The notes under the pieces were generated by a model that saw nothing but the letters and a program-made list of their open reading frames with translations, was not told the origin of the DNA and did no database searches. From Haliotis cracherodii (taxonomy: Eukaryota): a stretch of 64,000 nt of DNA. This document shows, piece after piece, positions 55,909-64,000 of this stretch. The DNA is taken from NCBI RefSeq assembly GCF_022045235.1, contig NW_027266275.1, forward strand, positions 80,166,001 through 80,230,000, written 5' to 3'. Positions within the stretch are counted from its first letter, which is position 1. The number at the start of each line of letters is the position of its first letter. Made by a program: the position numbers and the translations under genes.

Positions 55909-57342
55909 ATGTCGCAGTTTAAAATGGCAATTTTCTTTCTGATATGTGTCGGAAATGTTGGAGGACGAGGTATTGCTTTTCCCAAACAATTGCTAACCCA
56001 AGATGTTCGAGTCCTAACTGATACTTATGGGAATGGTGCACGACCTCTTGCAGATCTGTCCCCTATTGTTGGAAGGTTGAGTCATCCAGTTGATTATCAA
56101 AAGCCTTCAACACAATTCATGGTACAATTGTTTAACATTCTTCAAAAAGGGGCACCACTTGCAAGAGCGGCAGGCAGAAAGCTGAACACAGCTGATTTCA
56201 AGAAAGCAGACACCATCAGGAGCTTCAAGGCTAAAGGTAATCTTTAACCTGGAGTCAGATCACATACGATTTTAATCATTAACAAACAAATATGAAAAAA
56301 GTAAGAAATTCAATATATCAAGGCCAGGGAATAAACAGTCTCGATTGTCTGCCGAAACAATTGCAATGCGCATAAAATGCCAAATAGTGATGGAAATTAG
56401 ATGAATGGCTCGCAGACGTTAAGCATTCACTGCAAGAATATTCTTGATGTAAATGTTTTATTTGTACAGCTTTGGTTTTCATGCAATGTATGTTTAATTC
56501 CAGACATGACACAAAAGAATGTAAGAAAGAGAGTTGAGCTATCGTTCAAGATTCCTAGTCTACCTGAGAAAGAACGTCTCCGATTAGCTGAGTTCCGGTG
56601 CAGACGCTCTGTATCTCCTTTAAAGAAGTACAGGGTCAAGGTCATCATTCTCAAGGGAGAGAATATCGCACGAAAAGCTAACATCAGGGTCAAACCTATT
56701 ACACAGGGTGAATATTATGTATTTGACATCAGTCGAGCCATCAAAGCCTTCATCAACGGTTACCACGGTGACGCCACCATTCATGTGGAAATACCACGGA
56801 CATTCTCCAGAATTCTTTTGAAAACAGCATCCGAAACTTATGGATACTTACTTGTATTTTATTTGGAAAATCGCCACTTTCTTCAAAACGTTTTGGAAAC
56901 CTACAAAGTGGAAGAGCATTCCACTTTTGATGGATTAGGTAATATAGCATCACGCGCTAAAAGATCGGCACATGCCACAAACAGACGTCGAGAACGCAAG
57001 AACAGACGATGGAAGAAGTCAGGGAAGAAACAAGGCTGTCGTCTGTACGACTTTAACGTGGACTTCAAGACGATCGGCTGGGGACAGTGGATCATCCACC
57101 CTACACGCTTCAACTCCAAATTCTGCCACGGAAACTGTCCCTCCCCCATCGACATCCGATTCAAACCCACCAATCACGCCATGTTGCAGTCACTCATGAG
57201 AAGCAAGCGCTCCAACGCTGCTCCCGACCTTTGTTGTGTCCCAACCAAACTGGAACCTCTCAGCATGATGTACGTGGAAGATGGCGAAGTTGTTGTACGT
57301 CATCACGAGGACATGATCGCCTCTGAATGTGGATGTCGTTGA
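55909..57342 (+). CDS. nodal: Nodal-like precursor, array copy 14 (edge copy); join(55909..56236,56504..57342)
   Basis: Intact; three private changes SFTA>SFKA, PENE>PEKE, ATSR>ATNR. Confidence 0.88.
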
Positions 57343-58466
57343 CGATGACGTCTCTCACGAACACCAATGGACTATGTCATGAATTCTGATCGTAATCAGC
57401 TGCCAAACAACCAATCTGTGTCATGACACCTTGGCACGGCCAATTGTAACTGTGATATATAGATATACAATGGTGCTATTTTGTAGATACTGATTTGCTT
57501 CATGTAAAAGAAATGGATCGTTTGTAATAAATGTTACACTGTACCAAACTCTCTTTCTTGAATCATCGTAATATTATTTATTTAGCGCTACACAGAACAA
57601 TTTATATTCCAATATGACACATCCAACTAGTCAGTCCAAGGAGGTTACTCTTTTATAAACAATTAGAAAATACATACTCGTACAACTTTCGATTGCACTT
57701 CACCTTCCATCGGTCATACGTTACCAAGGATAGTTAGTTTGTGCTTGCATGTCACCTGAAATTACCTTTTCAATGCAATACATGGAATGCATACGAATTC
57801 TCTTATTGACACTTAAAATAGGTGTGATAAATAGAAAGAGCGCACTCCTCATTTTTATCATGAGAAAACACTCTTGAAGTGTATCATGATAACCTGATTA
57901 GCACAAGTAGTTGCATGCCTTTGACACAAAGGAGATTAACAAAGAGGCCACCAGTGAAAGTGACATGGCTGCAGCAAGCGAAATAAAACCTTAACGTATG
58001 TTGACAAGCATAAATTGATTTTCACACGCCATATCCTAACCATGTTTTCTATATGCGTCAACGAATGTGGTGTCAGCGACATTCGGCAGAATTAATCAAC
58101 GATCAATCATTGTTGGCAGTAAAATTGTGAAGAGTGAAACCCTTTCTTTCCGGATGGTGCCATTCCTTGTAAAAAGCGTCCGGAAAGACGAATTATATAT
58201 GGATACGGCGAAAACTTTGCATTTGTACCCTCTTTTGTATTTCATTATAATATATATTTCGGCAATGAAGGCATTGTTTTTTCTTTCTTGGGTTAGTGAA
58301 TAGCTGATAGTTTTAATCCCTTTTGGAATTCCAATAACGCCAATAAGTAAGTAATAATTTGTAAAACATTCTTGGATGTGCCAATTATTTATTTAACAAA
58401 GAAGTCAATAAAGTCCTTTCAGTTTTAGCAAGTTTATATTCTTGAGGAGTATACATATACATGTAA

Positions 58467-58630
58467 GTGAGTGAGTGGATATACTTTTACACCGCCTTTA
58501 GCAGTATTTCAGCATCATCAAGGCGAGGAATACTAAAAATGAGATTTACATAGTTTACCCATGAAGGGAACCGAACATGGGTTTTCATTTTTGGGCAAAC
58601 GCTGAAAACACTAGACAGCCTCACCGCCCC
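58467..58630 (-). mobile_element. Degenerate, roughly full-length tRNA-derived SINE-like element with (CACT)n tail
   Basis: The minus strand starts GGGGCGGTGAGGCTGTCTAGTG (A-box-like), has GTTCGGTTCCC (B-box-like) and ends ...GCTGAAATACTGCTAAAGGCGGTGTAAAA...CACTCACTCAC, homologous to the tails at 59623 and 63935. Confidence 0.7.
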
Positions 58631-59298
58631 TTATACATTGAAGAAAATATTCAAACATTATCATGAACATCAAAATACTTTACTCTTTAAGTTATTTTAT
58701 AATCATTTGTCATCTTTATCCTATAGAATGTAACCCGTTTCATCCGAACGGCTTCGTTCCCAGCAAATTCGTGCGTTTTAACCAATTTCCGTGTAATGGG
58801 GAGTCACCGTATGGATAATTTTACCTGTTGCAGCAAATTCGTCAAATTATGAACGGAAATTATGAACTGCAACATGTTGATAGATGTAGAATGCAAAATG
58901 CGTGTACATGAAAACAATATGGAAACTACAGGAATGTTGAAGTGTTCATGTCTAATCAAGAGATGCATACAAGTACATGCATCTTCAAGAATAAAAAAGA
59001 CATGAATATGTAAGGGATTAGAATCAAATGAAGCTGTGATAGCATGTCTAAATATACAACGTGAAGGAACCTTTACACCACTAAACAGTAGTATTATTAA
59101 ATTGCAACTGCTTCGCCATCAACGTATGAACGTGCATGTAACATTGATTGCAACGTTTTGCGGTTCAAACGGGAGGATGTAACCTGGATAAGTTCCAAAA
59201 TATAAATTATTCATTCATTTTGTTTTCAAAAACATGTACGCGTATCATAAGGTGTATTATTATGGATAGCAGCTTCTTTATTTTACTTGCACAATGTC

Positions 59299-59707
59299 GT
59301 CAGGTAAAGGGACAAGAAGTAGCCCTGAATCCAACTTCGATATTCCAATGAACGCTCTCAAATAGCTGTACTGTCACTTTAATATTTTTCTTTCAGCCTC
59401 AAGCGACTAAGCCTAACCATAAAGATTTCGAAGGGCCTCAAAGTCAGTTCTGTAAATACCAATAAAAATGTCTTCAATCTCTGACAGAATAGTGTGATGA
59501 ACTGTTTTCATTTCACCAACAAGGACATCGATTGGAAAAGATTATTGGTGGAACAGTTTAGCAGTTTAATCATTAACAGGGTTAGACTATGAGTATTCCA
59601 GTTAGACGATTCTGGAAGACAGCATTTCTGGTGTGCCCCGCCGTGATATTGCTGGAATATTGCTAAAAGCGACGTAAAACAATACTCACTCACTCACTGG
59701 AAGACAG
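59299..59707 (+). repeat. ~400 bp direct repeat, copy A (partner at 63543-64000)
   Basis: Near-identical from CGAAGGGCCTCAAA (~59430 / ~63741) onward at offset 4312; more diverged, with a ~50 bp indel, in the 5' part. Confidence 0.9.
59623..59696 (+). mobile_element. 5'-truncated SINE-like insertion with 11-bp target-site duplication
   Basis: CCGCCGTGATATTGCTGGAATATTGCTAAAAGCGACGTAAAACAATA(CTCA)n flanked by CTGGAAGACAG at 59612-59622 and 59697-59707. Confidence 0.8.
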
Positions 59708-61018
59708 ACTTGTTACAAGTAATGATGGTTGTTGTTCGGCGTCTGACGTTGCCTTTATGTTGAACAGCAGAACGAATTAATGCAGTGTTTCTGATACAGT
59801 GTGTAGAGTTAAATCTAATAATAACCTTTTCGTAAATGTATCAACCTACTTCATTATAAATCGTAGAAATTAAAAGATACATCATTTAGGAATTAGTTTA
59901 AAGATAATTTATGGGGAAAATATTCTCATGCTTACACATAATACGCTAAAAACAATACTTCTTCATTCAAATGAGTGCATGTGTCTTCCATTCTTGTTGT
60001 TTTAAAGAGCATACTGCATCGGAAAATAGATAACGCAACATGATTTTACTGCTATTCAGCAAATGGTTTGGAAAAGATATGTTATTACATTGAACATATT
60101 TTATTTTCAAGGAGCAGTGATTTTAACAATTTATATAAAGTTTGTTTATTGAGATAGTTTAGTTACTCTCAGCATAACGACTAGCTGCAAATTGGAATTC
60201 TAATAGAGCCAATCAGAAAATAATGACTTTGGTTATATCCAGAGATGTACAAATTATTCATTCTTCGTAAATCAAGAAGTAAATAATGTCTTTTGATTCA
60301 CTTTCACCATATTGATTCAACAACAAGAGGCCAAATAGCAATGATGATAGCACAGGAGACATGCTAACTGTCTGACACTTCTGCATATGCTGACTGTGGT
60401 GTCTGACATGCATGGCGACTTCGTCATAAACATTGCTGCAATAACACATGTCGGGACATTGATAGACACTCAGCTGAGAAGGATTTAAAATAATTGATCT
60501 TTGTATTGTTTTGATGATAGACAATCTCGTTTTATGACATGTACCCATACACTTCCCTCTCCATTTAAAACGGAAGAAAGTGTGTGTGTTTGGATCAGAC
60601 AAAAACAATATTCTATATGTGATCGTCATATGCCATGTACACTTTCCTTAGGAGAAGATGTGTTCTGATATCTTGAAGTGAATCATTAGATTCCAACGTA
60701 AATGAACTTGGAGTGAAGGTAACACACATAACATAAATATAAGTATGTATACCGAAACATCGCCTTTCCAAGAAGTTGTTATTCATAAATTGTGTCTACT
60801 TTAACAAACACAATGTAGTTATATTACAGACGATACCAACGTGTAGATATCAATCTTGGAAATATTCCTGTTAGGGAAAAGAACAAATGATATGTAGGTA
60901 GTGATACTTTCTATGCTTATATTGATCTTACATACTGCGTAAATGTTTGCGAAAAGGATAGGAGTGAAGTAAAATCTCTGCAACCTAAAGAAACAAAGGT
61001 GTAATCCGTTCCATGAAC

Positions 61019-61213
61019 ATTCACTGTGGCGTGTAATGGGTTACTCTTTAACCTGACGAGTTGTTTTCTTAAACTAATGACAACAGTAATAAGCTTAGAT
61101 TAGCGCAATGAGAGTGATCCTGAAGACAGGATCAGACAGTGATTGTTCGACAGTCAGATGAGACAGGGAGACAGGCTTGTTACTGTGGAATGGGGATGAT
61201 CGCCCCTGTCTGG
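61019..61213. promoter_or_regulatory. Same candidate enhancer upstream of the diverged paralog
   Basis: Homolog of 903-1092, retaining all four AGAC motifs, ATTGTT, CTGACGAG and CTGTCTGG. Confidence 0.7.
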
Positions 61214-61606
61214 TGAACGGATATCGAAATCCTTGTTTATCTATGAATATTGAATATATTTTATATCTATGAGAAACAGCTTACTAGTACATATTTGAAG
61301 AGAAAAATCAAACAAATTGAAAACATACAAAATCCAAGAAGTCTCTCCACTGTCATAAGATTACCTTTTAAAGTAGACATTTCACGAAATGGTCATATAC
61401 ATTAGCAAAATTAATTACTAATTTAAAGAATCCGAGGTATCAGAATATGTATGGCTAATGTGTGTTTAATTGTTCATTTCACAAAATATTAGGTTATTTT
61501 CCTCAAAACCTTGCATTAAAGGTATGATGTAGTGATGTAACCAGAAGGTGTTATTTTACATGAAGAAGCTAAAACTAGATCTGATGCACGCGACATGTCC
61601 TTACGA

Positions 61607-61735
61607 CAGATTATAATCATTGCCTGAAGGAATATGGACACCTCGCCAACACCCGACCATTATGTTACCACTTGTCTTGTTTACACAAGTAGTAGGGTCT
61701 GGTATATAACGCCACACTGAAGCTATCACATCATC
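61607..61735 (+). promoter_or_regulatory. Core/proximal promoter of the diverged paralog (TATATAA 61703-61709)
   Basis: Aligns with 1617-1745, while the sequence just upstream aligns poorly. Confidence 0.8.
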
Positions 61736-61792
61736 GCTTGCATTGCTGCATCCTACACTGACAAACCAAAACATCAATCCAGGTATTAGAAA

Positions 61793-63091
61793 ATGTCGCA
61801 GTGTAAAATCGCCATTTTATTTCTGACATATCTCGCCAATGTTGGAGCACGTCGCTTAGCTTCACCCAAACAATGGCTAAACCAGGAGTTTCAAGTCAAA
61901 CCTCACACTTACCGGAATGAGGGAAAACATGTTGCAGACATATCCCCTTTTGTCAGCAAGCTGAGTCATACAGTTGATTATCAAAAGGATTCAACCAAAT
62001 TCCTGGTGCGATTGTTTAATATTCTTCAAAATGGGGCACCACTTGCATCAGCAGCAGGCAGAAAGCTCAAAACAGCTGATTTGATGAAAGTCGACACTAT
62101 CAGGAGCTTCGCAGCTAAAGGTAAGCTTAACACCAGACTGACTGGTGTGTAGATGTGCAATACAAACCCGGAAAATATCTTTCTGATTCCAAACAAGAAT
62201 CTATTTTGGAAAAATGCTTCACCTTTTTATTTACTTTTTATTATGATCCTGTTTCCTATTTCAGACATGAGTAAAATCAATGAAAGCAGCAGATTTGGCC
62301 TTTCGTTCAAGATACCTAGTCTGCCTCAGGACGAGAGTCTCCGATTAGCTGAGTTCCGGTGCCCACGCGCTCTCTCCCTTCTAAAGAAGTACAAGGTCAA
62401 GATCAGCATTTTCAAGGGAGAGAAGATCGCAAGAAAAGTTACCATCAGAGTCCAACCTACTACACACCGTGAAGATTTTGTTTTTGACATCAGTCGAGCC
62501 ATCACTGCCTGGGTCAACGGTTACCACGGTGACGTCACCATTCATGTGGAAATGCCGCGGACTTTTTTCCGACTTCTTTCGAAAACAACATCCGAAGCTT
62601 ATGAAAACTTACTTGTTTTGTATTTGGAAAATCAGGACTTTCTTCAAAACGTTTTGGTTAAAGAGCAGTCTACATACGATGGATTGATGAATAGCGCATC
62701 GCGTGGTAAGAGATCTACACCTGACATAATCAGACGTCGTCGACGCAAGAACAGAAGATGGAATAAGGCAGGAAAGAAACAAGGCTGTCGTCTGTACGAT
62801 TTTGACGTGGACTTCAACACAATCGGCTGGGGACAGTGGATCATCCACCCTACACGCTTCAACTCCAAATTCTGTCACGGAAACTGTCCCTCCCCGATCG
62901 ACGTCCGCCACAAACCCACCAACCACGCCATGTTGCAGTCACTCATGAGAAGCAAGCGTTCCAACATCGCTCCCTCCCCTTGTTGTGTCCCTACCAAACT
63001 GGAACCTCTCAGTATGATGTACGTGGAGGATGGCGAAGTCGTTGTACGTCATCACGAGGACATGATCGCCTCTGAATGTGGCTGTCGGTGA
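61793..63091 (+). CDS. nodal: Diverged Nodal-like paralog; join(61793..62120,62265..63091), 384 aa
   Basis: Same 328-nt first coding exon and same phase-1 intron position (AAAG|GTAAGC...TTTCAG|AC, 144 bp); signal-like N-terminus MSQCKIAILFLTYLANVGA; RGKR furin site; 7-Cys domain 94/101 identical to the array type. Confidence 0.88.
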
Positions 63092-63169
63092 CGTCCACCA
63101 AGCATAAAACGTTTGAGAGGTTTGAGAATGCCATGTGATAACCGTATCAGTGCTATTATTATTTATACT

Positions 63170-63175
63170 AATAAA
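63170..63175 (+). terminator. Polyadenylation signal AATAAA of the diverged paralog
   Basis: First AATAAA after the stop at 63091, followed by GT/T-rich sequence. Confidence 0.55.
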
Positions 63176-63542
63176 CTTGTATTGATAAAATGTCTTGATG
63201 CTTTGTCTTTCACTGGTTAATTATTCGATCTGTCTTGGATATGTTCTTATAATACACTATACAATGTGTACCTCTAGTGCTACAAAGAACATCTTTCACT
63301 CACAATGTGAAGATAAACCCTTCAGTCTATGTGGCTTACTCCATCATAAACGATTGTAAAGGACATATTCCTGCAACATTTGAATGCACCTCACAATCGG
63401 TAAATTAGTTGAACGCGTTCTTGTGACGGCATTTTAGTTCCTTACTATAAATGTTTGTTTGTGGGTTTTTTTCAAAAACATGATCTCGGTACAAGGAGTA
63501 TTATTATTGATAACAACTTCTTTATTATACATACACAACTTC

Positions 63543-64000
63543 ATCAGGTGAAGGTACAAGAAGTAGCCATGGAACGATGTACATGTATTTGAATAATAAA
63601 GAAGTTGTTGAACCTAATAATATTCCCTGTCATGTTTACATCCAACTTCGATATTCCTATAAACACTCTCAAATAGCTGTACTGTCACTTTGATATTTTT
63701 GCTTGCAACTACAAGCGACTGAGTCTACAAATGCAGATCGCGAAGGGCCTCAAATTCAGTTCTGTAAATACCAATAAAAATGTCTTCAATCTCTGACAGA
63801 ATAGTGTGATGAACTGTTTTCATTTCACCAACAAGGACATCGATGGGAAAAGATTATTGGTGGAACAGTTTAGCAGTTTAATCATTAACAGGGTTAGACT
63901 ATGAGTATTCTAGTTAGACGAGTCTGGAAGACAGCATTTCTGATGTCCCCCGCCGTGATATTGCTGGAATATGGCTAAAAGCGGCGTAAAACAATACTCA
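63543..64000 (+). repeat. ~400 bp direct repeat, copy B (partner at 59299-59707)
   Basis: AATAAAAATGTCTTCAATCTCTGACAG at 59461 and 63773; identity continues to the window end. Confidence 0.9.
63935..64000 (+). mobile_element. Duplicated copy of the same truncated SINE-like insertion (runs off the window end)
   Basis: Same left flank CTGGAAGACAG (63924-63934) and same truncation point as at 59623. Confidence 0.75.

Larger units (their letters stand above)
1..58440 (+). repeat. Head-to-tail tandem array of a ~4.2 kb gene-containing unit (14 complete gene copies, partial units at both ends; continues left of the window)
   Basis: Position 1 matches position 4190. The ORF set recurs with spacings of 4189 bp (8 times), then 4047, 4168, 4166, 4166, 4047 bp. 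Similarity to the unit breaks up at ~58,220 and ends at ~58,440. Confidence 0.99.

Noticed and set aside
1-58440. CRISPR array, prophage, or a transposon/LTR tandem as the explanation of the periodicity
   Set aside because: The units are 4.2 kb spliceosomal-intron genes with no spacers, transposase, reverse transcriptase or terminal repeats visible.
58720-58860. Possible MITE/DNA-transposon end fragment (AACCCGTTTCATCCGAAC...)
   Set aside because: No matching inverted terminus or target-site duplication could be identified by eye.
60258-60629. Minus-strand 123-aa ORF resembling ORF 276..467 (shared VSMSP)
   Set aside because: The resemblance follows from the conserved non-coding blocks; lengths and starts differ and indels are scattered.
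61793-63091. Diverged gene as a Lefty-like antagonist or a pseudogene
   Set aside because: It keeps the dimerisation cysteine (CC), the wrist helix, an intact frame, splice sites and promoter.

Overview
Eukaryotic (animal, AT-rich) genomic DNA. About 58 kb of the window (1 to ~58,440, already in progress at position 1) is a head-to-tail tandem array of a ~4.05-4.19 kb unit. Each unit carries one complete two-exon TGF-beta superfamily gene that most resembles Nodal (388 aa, signal peptide, RAKR furin site, 7-Cys cystine knot), with its own TATA box, upstream conserved elements and polyA signal. There are 14 near-identical intact copies with no stops or frameshifts. After a SINE-marked boundary comes a 15th, clearly diverged paralog (384 aa; 7 of 101 residues differ in the cystine-knot domain, many more in the prodomain). 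It is bracketed by a duplicated ~400 bp block 4,312 bp apart, which suggests a second, older tier of tandem repeats. Comparing the two paralog types reveals conserved non-coding elements, most strikingly a 65/66-bp identical block with four AGAC Smad-type motifs and a Sox-type site. The (CACT)n-tailed SINE-like elements resemble ones I associate with gastropod (abalone-like) genomes, but the host assignment is inference. Main candidate novelty: rDNA/histone-style mass amplification, with concerted evolution, of a normally low-copy, dosage-sensitive left-right morphogen.
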